From NCBI GenBank assembly GCA_001643675.2, contig LSRY02000022.1, positions 248,001 to 312,000 of the forward strand: a stretch of DNA of 64,000 nucleotides. Direction: 5' to 3'. Below the pieces are notes generated by a model, which saw only the letters and a list, made by a program, of their open reading frames with translations, was not told where the DNA came from and did no database searches. Position 1 is the stretch's first letter; each line of letters begins with the position of its first letter. Origin of the DNA: Monocercomonoides exilis PA203 (Eukaryota; Protista; Preaxostyla). The translations under genes were made by a program, and so were the position numbers. Positions 24,401-34,774 of this stretch are shown in pieces.

Positions 24401-25090
24401 AGCCGAATGACAGACCCAAACTGGCAGAAGTGATTCGATTGTTGATGGAAATGATGGAGAGTGATGGAGAGTGATGGAGAGTGAGAAGGGATGCGAATTC
24501 AACAGACAACAACCAGAAAAGGCAGTGTGAATAAAGATAGCAATTATTTTCTTGTTCTCCTCCTTCCTTTCATTGAAGTAGTGAATAATTTATGTGCTGA
24601 GCCAGAAATGTTTTATATCACATTCATGTGACTATTTTTATGAAAAGTCGAAACAAATAAAAAAGACAAACCACAACAATTTCACATTTGTTTTGTTTTG
24701 TTCATTTGAAAATTTGCTTGAAAACAAGTTCAAAAAAACAACTATTGCCTGTTGACCCGAAAGAAAGGTCTCCATTTTCAGAAATGTTAAATTATTATTT
24801 GTTCAATGGATTTCAACATTTCAATCTCTTTTATTCCGCTTGAAAATGATGAATTATTGATTGAACAATCAAAACAACAAAAAGATAAAGGTGTTATCTT
24901 TGTTGGAGTTTAACAATGAAAGCATTTTCAATTTTGATTAAGCAAAGAACTTTTGAGAGAGATGAGAAGAAGAATGATAAGAGAGAACGATAATGAGTTT
25001 CAAATATCAATTTGTGACATATTTCACATTTTCTTATCTGCAATTAATAATCCAACTTTATTTCATGAAGATTATCTTCAAACAATATTT
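15480..25090 (+). repeat. Copy A of a ~9.6-kb direct segmental duplication
   Basis: Homologous to ~39840-49410, including upstream (TTGTTGATTTTCCATGAAA; GATTATGTTTGGAAGTCA) and ~600 nt of downstream non-coding flank. Ends approximate. Confidence 0.9.
15790..24474 (+). CDS. Giant receptor-like surface protein: PMP-like (GGA/FxxN) beta-helix ectodomain, single TM, truncated tyrosine-kinase-like pseudokinase; paralog A
   Basis: Signal-like N-terminus (MAVFFPVMMLSVLA). Repeated GxDxxxCGxxxxPC modules and GGAI/GGGIY..FxxNxA..GxD motifs. TM WSLFAFIGCIVVLVIFVGLFVVVVVFL at ~23470-23550 followed by RKK. C-lobe motifs RWKAPE, VFTLGLILHEMTTGEVP, MW..PNDRP. Confidence 0.85.
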   Translation: MTRNLMAVFFPVMMLSVLAKDTEAKNIDPIGPAVNVQNALLDYIGCIETSISIINTSLCVNHLNIIPLAGCPLLTAQHHSAASILYSTCHIQPATKSPLFLSAHASLALTNFSLTTHQPAILSFPLFSTPNNLLPDAHSPIPASFSISHSSFSSFISLIQPFLFSPSSLSSPSPSSLSSLSSSLSSFSSSFSFSSSSFSSPSPSPSPSSSSSPSPSPLHIHHQSPLHPQIHLNLHLSNTLFSNVSSSQSSLSLPSLPSHSLHPFLSTTSSSSSSSTNTNINTIPSSSLHSSLSIHSSVFLHTHNPIDGAILPNLNSPSTSLSAFNTSFLHQTRSSANAAVVNVGTEAQRVKLGRLDTFDVNSHRFEWCEWNDSTGGSSSGGALSVDCTNANLTITSCSFNNCSNTNHGGAIFCRYLQNVNIAKSNFSSCLAIHGGAVVVFNPQSNSVWTFSENRVESCSITDWCGTGWYFALQTIPSNGQFLFSKCKCILNSGGDSTGSLTFNYPPQNKPTQFLVNDCMFINNKLNASSIYGGAAMFFRETYSWMNSIKFITFCFFDGNTATNGRGNDVFFSGNAITQSPFENCGSTTPTKRVWNAGTADNAVYNGWLPLVAQNKIVANGGTDADACGRPQHTPCATIEYALNGFISLLQDASLTLLTSTFVPTQTLIFSAVDNKITGNGTITTIIASSGIPQPLNLYSHSSQSTSSFSSFSSFSSASSSPDPSASSALFQQTQGSLTVSTLSIAHNSTNPITPILFHLSGNSPSLNLNTTTITGTTSITIKTPLFFLTAGSLALNHTAITSLPLNSQSIFHLTSLTSPLTLNSSNITHITSTATPTSCVLSSSTSPALSLSLANCTITNINSEQFSQQTATNGGCISFTSSAPANSFSVSDTTFSSCSLSEDTSSGGRGGALMIEYKDDSQVSSTTFSITNIVFSANKASIGRDMYFVCESLFASVKEPLFAFMRSITQKDNSIVGHDRTEAFGDWDVDLFIFFYGFFDDTIYVDGASGVEEVYCGIEKAPCLNVNNGMERLKKTLNVKEEIVVCEKSNITGCADVGGMRVKAKTEAIVEIECQREVSGSETCVLKSSSLTKIEFIGIIIPSSFSGTITSVVESSTQNGELHIMNCAISVIGGNKNTIGFSLIKSTGKMVELDSVTISDVKSIVSLFSISLSSGNVNEQECKMKLLNCTLESLEIDSTTAVEGKAAVFGGNVGFGMVLNDSKIEGAISKKSKEGGALKIALSDGGFMTIQESSFVGCVCENESDGGKGGGIYLDCSSNEGGFQFSSISFSECSATVGKNMFVKSGNLVSSVKTERFAFDYSAYSYDENAFVGEDEIYGEMDLRVFLVELKWVEVSVSTGGHDTLGCGDEIFPCESMKSGIDHIDRSGAVGERRVNVKDEGTIENVFYFADALVIDGCVDEGDEIQHKLIQFEETINGNSATTVISSIKPLSLLSLKLQIPSQFTPSMNSLISSSNNLQLENCLFDIQSTTAIQYSLITTTTGSCTLKGCSLKGTSFVKSPLVMASSVLFENSNFSNIVNTGSGEGGVARVTLKNDENLIIKSTNVSFCSLSSGNGKGGFLYLDCQNCLNERPFIFDVGITFKNNNAVIGKNMFILGKDFNSSVTTEAFNFDYSSMINDKTLFVGSDDFHQEKDLFMFLIPYSSFEIFISSDGFDVRRCGSEEEPCQSMWKGMMNTKMEIGKKTIQIEGSTVIQDSFNVSNYQIKKASSMGEEATKAILNIKKLIEDNNQGYIMENDIHLELTNIQMQLTSRFDNSAKSIISNRDGELVITGCSFHSEAGMNNGFDCVFVDAIGGSVEVNDLSMESCNVGNSIFVIHDSLVVCHFVNVRVKLLNESGGCLLLIKGTESTTKINEVDEEMNLNIDNSSFSGVKRSGNGPSFWESTSENKIDLIVNESDITEDKTEESEKGGAILFTLGAYGSMKMVDSTISHCSCSFSSGRGGGVYLATKERGELNFTFVGMKFNGNTARVGNDIYIECFNITSQINENQFQFDLREGYYTRNNAIYGIDSCDYPIDTDLIGLITIHQSDTIIVSSVNGSNEKQCGTNTLPCYSIEHGLMHLTSELISQILVVEESVIEEEINLKEMSLSSKSRENCDVEVNSEIEKTKEALITTTGAVSLLRMNFVFDSNFISSHESLISPEGGILEVMNCSFTSKQSSGEGNIELANIPFHIIQMSKGELQVDGCTMSNLIFQKSALYLSSPLSTVIYLLTICNSTIKTSLIDINECEQLKMEKFHSENITIEGNDESLISCLPMKKTIQLTNCTMDGVNSNKAKGKLMKFEDCTDVKMDSCAFDGSSKKRNEKKLNVEEEMCKWDGSLVDVVKSSVMMIDTTISNSPEGGITMSGGNVNIEMGLFENNNSSIEGYPSLRRNIICSDSGILNVESLKGGDGLERNTSLWMLNEGCSFEGIASERDSSFIIPVLESVETKEETDRMKLTFKGSLLIPCNLSFSVVKRKGEEKEIEKHDFDSNGFMSESEVEGSVGKDLISSCGNETEVSVRILFGDAESPSSTNSFILKNRSETEPKGDEIISKGEEQIEWSLFAFIGCIVVLVIFVGLFVVVVVFLRKKLRESEKKVEKERLENEEIMGKIERRRRENNGGSFEMSEMPSTLLEGMTSQIPLLIDNDDEDLPEPPSMSNEEILNENDLPDLESPLSFSEGASVCGASQSHSFNVISAKKPFREKEKKNIKTLHSVIHSVQGDFTLGTRAMDVVDGKEVVLTVAELFEHLISVGDERVEMMGKQLCPYSIFVEEGNNEIFVLTEELEDEKQKEEMKRWKAPEEGNEDEGVEKGVVFTLGLILHEMTTGEVPLSECEAEEAQEMMRDGVRPLTEGIEGEYLMELMEKMWGDEPNDRPKLAEVIRLLMEMMESDGE

Positions 25091-25162
25091 GAAAAAGAAA
25101 AAGAAAAAGAAAAAGAAAAAGAAAAAGAAAAAGAAAAAGAAAAAGAAAAAGAAAAAGAAAAA
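25091..25162. repeat. (GAAAAA)12 microsatellite at the right boundary of the duplication
   Basis: Perfect hexamer array. The corresponding position in copy B (~49400) has only short remnants. Confidence 0.9.
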
Positions 25163-26416
25163 GAATGTGAAGAAGAAGAATATGATGAAGATGATGATGT
25201 TGTTGTGAATGGCCTTTCAAATGCATCGTTTATGTGGAGTTTCAATGAAGCTGCAAACGAAAAAGAAAGAAAACATTCAAAATGAAGCAAAACACAATTC
25301 AAAACGCCATCAGCTGGTGAGAATGAAAACAAAGGAAATCTAGAGAAAGATGAGAAAGGAGAAAATGAAGAAGAAGAAAAGAAAAAGATTTAGCACGATC
25401 ATCTTCAGCTGCCTTATCAACTTCTTCTCCTTCTCTCTTTTTTCTTCTCCTCTCCTCCTTCTTCTTCTTCTGATTGGAATTCTTCATCTTTTTCCAACAC
25501 AAACAAAAAATTGGGGCAAAAATCAAAATTGAGTGAAAATGAGACAATAGATGAAATAGAAGCAGAGAACGAGAAATGCATTCGATCAATGATGGATGAA
25601 ATGGAGAAAAATTAAAAATATGACAAAGACGAATCTTAAAATTTGACATGAAATTAGAAATAGTTAGTTGAAAAAAAGAGGAGAAAAAAATTTTCATTAA
25701 AAAATCAATAAAAATTTTTGGGAGCTGAGAAATGATGGTTTTTGTTATTCTCAACATCACTTCACTGGGTTAATATATGATATCTCTATTTTTATTTGTT
25801 TCATAATCTGAATGATTAATTATTAGTTTGTTAGTTTGTATGTTAAATGTTGAATTTTTGTTTTCTTTTATATGTCATATTTCTTTTTGTAATGTTATCC
25901 TATATTTGTTTCCATTATTATGCCTTAAAGCAGGAAAAATCGGATGGTGATTCCATTATTTTTTGAAACCTGTTTTTCACCAATATTGAAATAATTGTTT
26001 TTTTTTCGTATCTTTTCTTTTTTCAGAGCATAATTAAAAATTCAAAATCTTGTTAAAAAAAGCGAGCCAAAAATGAACAAAGCAAACTGCAACTGGGTTC
26101 AATGATTTTTTTTGTTCCGACACAGAAATTCTTTTCGAAATTGTTCGTTTTTTCGTTTTCAAGTCCAATTTCACTTTCCACAATTCTTATCTTGAAATAT
26201 CCAGATATAACAAACCATCCATTTTTCCCAAAATATTTGAAAATTTAAATATATCAGCTTCACAAATTGTTGGAAAACAAACATTGACACTCGTTTATGA
26301 AAAAGACAATTATGAATCAGATACTGAGTTGTGAAAGAAGAATTTGTGAGATGAAATGGATAAATAAATATCAAACAATTCCTTTGAATAAAGAAAATTC
26401 AGCGTGACTCATTTCC

Positions 26417-27892
26417 TCAAGCATTCAAGAAATAAAACGCAATATTTTCTTTTATTAGCATTCCAATACATCCGTTCAGAAAAGGAATGACTTCACAAAA
26501 ACTCGTGATGGCATCTTCGTATCCTTCTTCTTCCAGGAATTCAAATATCTCTCTTTTTGTTGCCTTTCTTTTCGCTCCTTCCATTTCATCTTTCTCCTTT
26601 TCTTCCAATCCTTCCACAACAATCAAAAAGAATCTTAAGCAATCCCAAGTTATCTTGTCTTCAAATGGGGCTTGCAGAATTTCTTCCAAAATCAGATTAA
26701 AAACTCCGTTTTTAAGCAACGCACCAAAACTTTTCGTTCTGGCTTGCGCCATTTTGAGAAAAACGAAAAGGCTCCTTTCTGAAATTTCCCGTTCATGTTC
26801 TCTTGCTGCTCTGCACAGTCTGACAAGGCAACCAATCAGCCCAAAAATCTCTTCATTCCACACTTTGACAAACCAAAAAATAGATTCTGTTGAAAACAAC
26901 CAATTCAATATTGCACAGTTTGCTTTCTTTCTTTTCGTTTCTTCAGTTTTTTCTTTGGAGGAGTGGCCAACGCACTTTAAAAGCTCATTCAATTCTTTTG
27001 TCTCCTCTCTCACATAATGCAGCTCATCCAGAATTACATCTTGCAAACTTTCATCCAATAATAATCTGTCAATCAAAAACTTCCATGCGGATTGATAAGC
27101 AAGATGAGTAAGATTGCTGTGTTTCTGCTGATATTTGATGATCTCTTTGATTTCATCCAAGAAAAGTTCTCGTCTCACATCCTGAACAGGAATTGGCAAA
27201 TTATGAATGACATGTTAAATTAAGTTTAAAATCCACATACAAATAATCTAATATTGCTCAAAGACAGCAAAGCCATTTCTACGTCTTTTTGAACTTTCTC
27301 ACTTTTCTCTTTGTTCGATGAAGCCTTCACAAGAAAAGGCACACATATTGATATTAATTTCGAAGAAAATTTTTCATTAAGCAGAATATAGCATTCACAA
27401 AGATCAGTCAGCAGATTTTCGTTCTTTCCATCTTTTTTCTTCTCTTCTTCAAAAATCATTGCCTCAATTCTTCCGTTCAGCAAAGCATTTTTAATATTCA
27501 GACTCCATATGCTTTTCAATGTTTTCCAAAATCCAACTCGCTTTAGCAGCAAAATTGAATTTCCCATTGAAAGTTTCTCTTCTTCAATCATTTTGTGTAT
27601 TTTGTTTAACAGCCTAACCGTAAAAATGGATGTGAATTCTTCTTCATCCATCTCTTCCATGAGCCCATTCATTTCTTCTATTTTTTGTTTCTGCTCTTCC
27701 TCTTCGCAATCTTCAAATTCAGAAAACAAATCTTCAAAAAAGAAAAAAAAAAAAAAATAGACAAGAATTGTAATGACACAATGAGCACAAACCATAAAAT
27801 CTTTCACTTATGCTCTTTGTCTGTATTTTTGAAAGCACATTTCAGCCAGAAAACAACGAAAATGAGTCATTTGATTTGAATTCAGATATCAT
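26417..27892 (-). CDS. Lineage-specific helical-repeat family protein, 3 exons; in-frame TGA in putative exon 1 (possibly a pseudogene or a downstream start)
   Basis: Introns 27792..27732 and 27240..27182 (GTATGT..TTCAG) keep phase. Motifs LFSEFEDC..EQKQKI, KDVEMALLSLSN, HSNLTHLAYQSAW and EEEGYED are shared with 32286..33772. TGA at 27844-27842 is in frame with the ATG at 27892. Confidence 0.7.
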
Positions 27893-28849
27893 TGGAAAGA
27901 AGAAATTGATGCAAAACATAAACTCAAAGCGATCATGAAAATATAAGTCCTCACACCATATGTTTTTTCATTTGCATTTTGGCAAAGGATTGTGAAGAGA
28001 AAATAAGAAAAAACGATTTATTTTTTCTGATTTGCAGTTATGGATGTTCAGATCATCAGATTTGAAAGAACAAAAATATTCCTTGCTAAAAAATGAAAGA
28101 CGGTGAACGAATATTTTCTGTAGGATAGGCGATATTATTATGTGTGGTTGAACGAGATTGCGTCAGCGAGGCATTGATGATTAAAATAGCGCGAGATGAT
28201 TTTTATGAAAAGCATCTTTGAAGGAAATTCAATTGTTTTTTTAAAAATCAAAATATTTGCATGTATGCATTTTTTATTGTTCCTGTTTATGAAGAAGATA
28301 CTTTTTTTAACCATCTTTTCAGAGTCCAAAAATCTGATTAATAATATAAAATGGCCATTTTTTTGTTTTTCTGAGGAGATAATCAAAAGAGTGCTTGCCG
28401 AAAGACAATTAGCAGATGGGAATTGCAAATTTTTTATATTCAATTGGGAGATGAGATGAAAATAAATTCGATTTCAAAGCATTTGGATGAAAGCGAAAAG
28501 GAATGAAAACAATTGGATGTTATTGGAAGGAAAAATATAGAAAATAATTTTCAGGAAAAAAAGTGGATGAAAACATAGAAAGAAGGATATTTAAGGAGAA
28601 AAAAGGATGATGGAGAAAGGAGCACAGGGAAACAATGGAAAAGGAAATTGACAGCATCAGTGATTGGATAATCTTCTGCTTTTGCAATAGGGAGGGTGTG
28701 TGTGTTTTTTTGAGGAAATTTAATAATAAATGCTTTTCTTATTTTTATTATAAATTTTAACTTTTTTCTCAATTCAAACCAACAGCATTATTTGTGTTGA
28801 GCGTTATTCCCTGGGACAGTCTATTTCAAGCGGAATTTTTTCATTATGT

Positions 28850-30560
28850 TGTTTCTTTTTCACTCCTCTTCTCCTTCTTCTCCTTCTGCTTCTCCTTCTT
28901 CTTTTACACCTTCGTCCTTTATTTCGACTGCCTTCATCTCCTTTTCAAATAGAACAGCTGCAATGCGCTTGTTTCAAATAAGAAGAATTTCCCTTTCCTG
29001 TGCTCATCTCAATTTCCTTCTCCACGCTTACTGTCCCACGCACAAACGTCTGCTTGCTTTTCTGCAAACATCGCTGCCACAAAATAATTAGCTCGCTTAA
29101 TCGCATATACAGACTCAAAAGGAACAACCCTCATACACTCACATGCATCCCTTCCCTCCTCATCTCCTTTACACCCAAACAGATACAGCATGTAAACCAG
29201 GAAGAAATGGTATTGCTCGCTCAGAGCATGTGGAAAAGACGCCACACGTTGAAATTTGTTCTCTCAGTGTTCCTTCGTTAACTCGACTTGCTGGAACTTC
29301 GCAACTTGTATCGTCTCTTCATCATTTCCGCAAAAAGCAGCAGAAGCAGCAGCAGAAGAAGAAGAAGAATTTGAAGAAGATGAAGAAACAAAGTTGAAAT
29401 GCAGATCCTCCGCTGCCATCTTCAATGTCATTGGAGCATCCATCGGAACAACCGCTGAGAAAGTGTGGTCGGAAAGAAATGGCGAACGAAGCATCACAGC
29501 CGCGTAAACCCATCGCCTGTACAGTGTTCGACTACCTTTTCTAAATAAACTCTTCTTCGACACAGAGACTCTTGTCTAACTTGTTGAATGAACCCGCCTC
29601 GTCCTCATCCTCTGTCGCCACACCCGCCTTCACAAATCACAGCTGAGCCGACTCAAGAGCCTCTGTAACCAGCGGCACCATTGCTTCTTCCAGCTTCCCC
29701 TGATTCTCTTTGATTTTCCTAACATACTCTCTGTGCGCTGTTGGATACTCATCTTTCTCCTCATAACCTTCACCTTCCTCTGCCTCTTCCCACTCCTCCA
29801 GCACCTACAGCGCAATCGCTGCTAGCGATAGAACCACGTCCTCCATCCTCAGCCCCGCAGCATCCAACCCTTTCTTTACAATCTCTCCCACTTCACACAC
29901 TGCAATCCCTCGCCCCATCACTTCGTCGTCCAGCTTCACCACCTCACGCCTCGACTACAGCGATAGCCATATCTGCAGCGACTGGTCAAACAGGTCGTAG
30001 ATCGACGGGAACGCATTCACATCTGCAGCCGCAAAGATCCGCTTGCTCCCCGAATTCGTACCTTCCGACACTGCAAGCGACGGAAGCGGTTCAACCAGCG
30101 AACCAAAAGCATCGCTGAAAGCTCTTCATAGCAGGCACGCTCAATGCCCACATGCAGCATTTCATACCGTGACATGACATATCCCCGCAGCGTCGGTAGC
30201 TCCCGCGGAGACAACAGCAGCTGCAGCGACAGCGGCATGTTCCGCCCATACACCCCAGCTGCCTCAGGCACCACAATCCGCAGCTGCCTCTCGACGTCGT
30301 CCATCGCCGCTGCCGAAGCGTATGATGCCGCCACCGCCGACGCATCCGAAGGGTCAATCGTAGGTGCTGATGATGACTGTTTATTTCCTTCTTCTTTCTT
30401 CTCTTCGCTTTTCTGCCTCCGGAATGGCGAAGTTGATCGGCGTGCTGCTCCAGATTAAGAAGACGAGGAAGAAGAAGGCGCTGAGCGAAGAGACGACTGC
30501 TGCACCTCCCCAGCAATAAGAAGCTTTTTGAGATACTCCACCATGTCCGCAGGCAGCTCT
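28850..30560 (-). pseudogene. Second, inverted, decayed copy of the large gene at 10330-14020
   Basis: ASAAAMDDVERQLRIVVPEAAG matches TSAAAMDDIDRRMLIAVSEDAG. The DNA match continues through GCAGATGTGAATGCG..TCGATCT..TTTGACC..CAGTCGAGGCGTG. Many stops and frameshifts. The part below ~29700 is assumed to belong to the same gene. Confidence 0.7.
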
Positions 30561-32285
30561 AATGGAAACACAAATGCACCCACATTCCAATCACAAAAGG
30601 ATAAACAGCCGGTTTCGATAGCTATTTCTGATCAATGGGTGTGATGGAACTGGATTTCATTGCTTGGTTCGAGATCCAAAAACACTAGAAAATCTTGGAG
30701 CTTGGCAACAGGCAAGTAGCTGGGGATGAGTCACAGGAAAAAAGGATTGAAATCATTTGTCCCTTGTTTCCAATCTTATGCCATCGAAGAGTTATCTATT
30801 AAAGCAGAGAATGAAGTTATTTTTTTTTTAGGCTATTCTCCAACAGAAAATATCAGACATTTGAGATCTCAAAATCATCTTCATCGTCTTTTTCATCGTC
30901 TTCATGGACTTCATCATTATTATCTTCACCATCATTGTTTTCAATTTTGCATCTCCAACAAATATCAAGATTTTTATGTTAACTTCATCATCTTCTTGCT
31001 CGATTTATTAATCATCTTCTTATCCAACCTCATCTTCATCGCCTCCATCAGACACAGCCATATCAACCCGCATCACTCTTTATCTTCCTTCTGAATTCCA
31101 TCTCTCCGTATTAAAGTCCTGTCATTCAATAGCCCTTCTTTTCCTTCCCTTTCCCTTTTCTTTCACAGAAAAAGCCTCATTTCTCTGTATTAGCTGGTCA
31201 AAGATCCTGAGCAAAAAAGAAGAAGAAAGAAAAGGAAGATGAAGAAAAACATCTCAAACAGCACAGCCCAAGAAGAGAAAAATCTTTGGAGCTGTTTTCG
31301 AACTCTATTTGTTCATGTGCCTGGTTGGCAGACTCTGGAAACAGGAAAGAGTTTCAATTTCTCCGAACCTGCTGAGGCTTCGGAGAAATTCTGGGAAAGA
31401 GGGAAAGGAAGGGAGAAAGGGAGATATGAAAGGGGAGGGCGAAGAGCGGAAAGAATGGAGAGAAATGTGAGAAAAAATGGAAGGACTGAGAGGTGCTGAT
31501 GAATGAGGTGGGGGAAATGATGGAAAGAGAATCATTTGTGAAAGGGAAGAATGCTTATTGACTGAGTTGAAGGAGGATATTTGAAACAGAGAAAGAAAGA
31601 GAAAGACGATTTGATTGAGGGGTTGCGTTTATCTCTTTTTTTGGTGGAGATGCAGAGATTTCTTTATTGTTTCAGAAAAAAAAGTTCAAGTGTGATGTTA
31701 TTTTAATGATTTTTTGTTGAATTATTCTGAAAGAAGAGGATGATAATTGCAATTAAGCTTTGCTCATAAGACATCACTTTACAAAACTAATTATTTGTTT
31801 GGTTGGAATTGAACGAATATGCATTTGAATGAATCTTGATATTTGATGAATGAATGATAAACTCACAGATTAATGTTTGAAGTTTGAAAATGATTTTTTT
31901 ATTTAAGCTATTTTTCTTTTCAAATCAACATTCAAATGAGTTTTTGTTGAAATTAAAATTGAAATTCTTTCTAATTTTTATCCTTTTCAATCCATTTGTG
32001 GTGCTTTTTGATTATGTTTTATTTTAGCTTTTTTAATTAAAAACTTCTTGGAGTTTGGAAATCTGCAGTTTTGGACAATTCTTTGAAAATTCTGCATATA
32101 TCTTCTTCATGTGCGTCTGTGCTCTATGTTATTTGTGAAAAACCAAAAATTTGCACGTATTATTAAATTCATGAAGATCAAAACATATTTTTTCAAGGGA
32201 TCATAAGGCTGACCGTGAAGCCGCCATCATCCATGTTGGTTTGATGTTGTTTTTGAATTCAATATCCTTCAAGTTGATAAATTAT

Positions 32286-33772
32286 ATGGATGCTATTTTT
32301 GCTTCTGTTTCTGATGACACAATTTGCAAACAAGTGGAAGAATTTCAAACCATTTGGAGTCAAGCCTTTACCAGATGAGTTGAAAAGCATGTCATTTCTC
32401 AATTTTTTTCTTAATGTGACAATTGTTTTTGATCAATAAATCAAAAGAGTTATTTTCTGAGTTGAAACAATACAAAGGCGACGAGCAGAGGCAAAAGATC
32501 CAAGAAATATATTCATTTCTTGTTCACAATGACTATGAAGTTTCAAAATCTGCCACAACAGGAACAACCTTTGAAGAAATTGATGAGGAGATGGGAAAGA
32601 ACAATTTGTGTCTTGAGAATTCAATTATTCTGCTGAAAGGAATTGGCTTTTGCAAACTGCTCAAAGGTGTTCATTTTCTTGGATTCATTGATTGTCCTTT
32701 GCACGACAGATTCGAGAAGTTGTTGTTGGAGGAAGAAAACAAAAAAGAGGAAAAGAATGAAAAGCTCATGATCGGTCTTTGTGAATGTTTTCTTGCTTTG
32801 TTTGAGAACCAACATAGAGTCTCAAAGGACACTGTCAATATATGTATTTGTTGCGTGATGAAGGTTGCTATGAGAAAAGAGGAAGACGAGAAAACACAAA
32901 AAGAAGTGGAAATGGCTTTGCTGGCACTGGGAAATGTTAGGTATTTCGAGGTGTGGGTGTTTTAACATTGAAAGAAAAATTCATTAATTCTTTTGTTGTT
33001 TATTGAATAGTGTGAAGATGGAGTTAAGTTCTTCGATAAGACTGAAGAAATAATCAAATATCATCAAGAGCATCACAACCTAACCAGACTTGCATATCAA
33101 TCAGCTTGGCATTTTATTGTTTGGCAGACAAACAATGATGAGAAAATGCGAAGAGTTATTGAAAATGAACTGAATTTTTGCAAAGAGACGGAAAGAGAAT
33201 TGGAAGAGCTTTTGAGATGTGTGGATTGGATCAAAAAAGAAAAAGAAAAAGAAACTGACAGAGTTATAGAAGTGCATGTGATACAAAGATGGCTGGAAAC
33301 GATCAACTTGTATTTATCCAAAAGGACATTGAGCGGGGATGAGGTCAATGGGTTGATTGAAAGCGTTGTGAGGCTTTGCAGAGTTGCAAAGAATGTTCAC
33401 AATGAAACTTTTGAGAAAGGAATTTCCATTTTTCAAACGATGATCATCAGTTGTTTGGACAACTTTGATTATTTGTTGAGAGGAGGAGCAATTGATTTCC
33501 TTTTCCAGGAACTTAATCAATCAACATTTGACGAAGTTACTTTAGGAAAGTGTGTAAAGTTCTTTTCGGATCTGTCAATGAAGCTTCATGAAAAAAAAGT
33601 AGAAATGGATGATGTACAACACAAAACGAAACAAAACATATTAAAAAGAGTCATGTCGAGAAAGTTTGAGGAGGAAGGGTACGAAGACATTATCTTCAAT
33701 TATTACAAACTTCTGCCAAATCTGAGATGTTACACACGTGTGTCTGTTAAAATTAGTCATTATTTAATTTAG
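32286..33772 (+). CDS. Lineage-specific helical-repeat family protein, paralog of 26417..27892 (3 exons)
   Basis: Intron 32951..33010 (GTGTGG..AATAG, 60 nt) is at the same protein position as in the paralog and joins ORF 32423..32965 to the frame of 33146..33772. Motifs QKEVEMALLALGN, HHNLTRLAYQSAW, EEEGYED. The exon-1 donor is uncertain (acceptor near 32447). Confidence 0.75.
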
Positions 33773-34774
33773 ACACGAATCAGGTTTTGTTCCATTATCC
33801 GGGAAAACGGTTTAATATCAATATCTTATGAGATATGAATTCATGTTTGCTAAACAGAAGAGTTTCAATTTGAAATTATTGTTAATTGTTCAATAAGAAT
33901 GTTTTTGAATTTTTTCCTTTTATGTTCATTTTCTTCAATTTGAATAATATTTTCCTTCACTTTGGATATGTATTATAACGAGGTTTTCTTGAAACGAACA
34001 ATTTTTGTTTTTCCTTTCGTGCAATCAACAAAAAGAAATCAAGAATTTCTCATTTTCTTTTTTCAATCATTAGACACAATGTTTCAAATCTTTGGTAAAG
34101 TGAGATGATTATTCATCTTATATCAATTCTAAATCTGAAGGAAATAATCAATAAAACAATTAAAATCAACAGTCGAAGAAAGATTTATGAGACAAACTGA
34201 ATTTTTTGAACAAAAAAGAATGGCATTAAAGTATTAATGGAAAAAACTTGTTTTTTGAATAATAATAAAATGAACTGAATAAAAATATTTTTTGATTTTG
34301 TTAAGATAATTTATTTAAATGCTCCAAATGTGAATTGAAAAAACACTTTTCAACATAATCGTTATCAAAATATCCATTTCCTCGAAAAAAGAGAAAAAAG
34401 ATAAAGAAAATATATTCTGCAAATTGCTCTTCTTATTTCCATTTAAAAAAAAATAATATAAACTTTATCATAGCACTAATTCAAATTGAAATTTACAAAT
34501 TTGTTAAAAAAAAAATAAAAACAAATCTCAATAAACATATAATTCACTCCGTTTCATAAAAGAAATGTATTGTTTGAAAAGGAAAACATTAATCTCATTA
34601 ACTCTTTTCATCCTTACTTTTTTTTATTAAAATAGAAAAAAATGCTCAAAAAGAACAATAAAAAACTTTCATAAAATTTTAGATTTTTTTCAAATAAAAC
34701 AGAAATTGAATGAATACATTTAAATAAGAAGATTTGACCATCAGCCACGGGCAATGTCATTTGAAGTTGTATTT

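Noticed and set aside
24452-24484. 10-bp tandem repeat (TGATGGAGAG)x3 across the stop codon, and a small hairpin at ~24875-24905, both present in copy B
   Set aside because: Likely slippage or chance. Presence in both copies is explained by the duplication.
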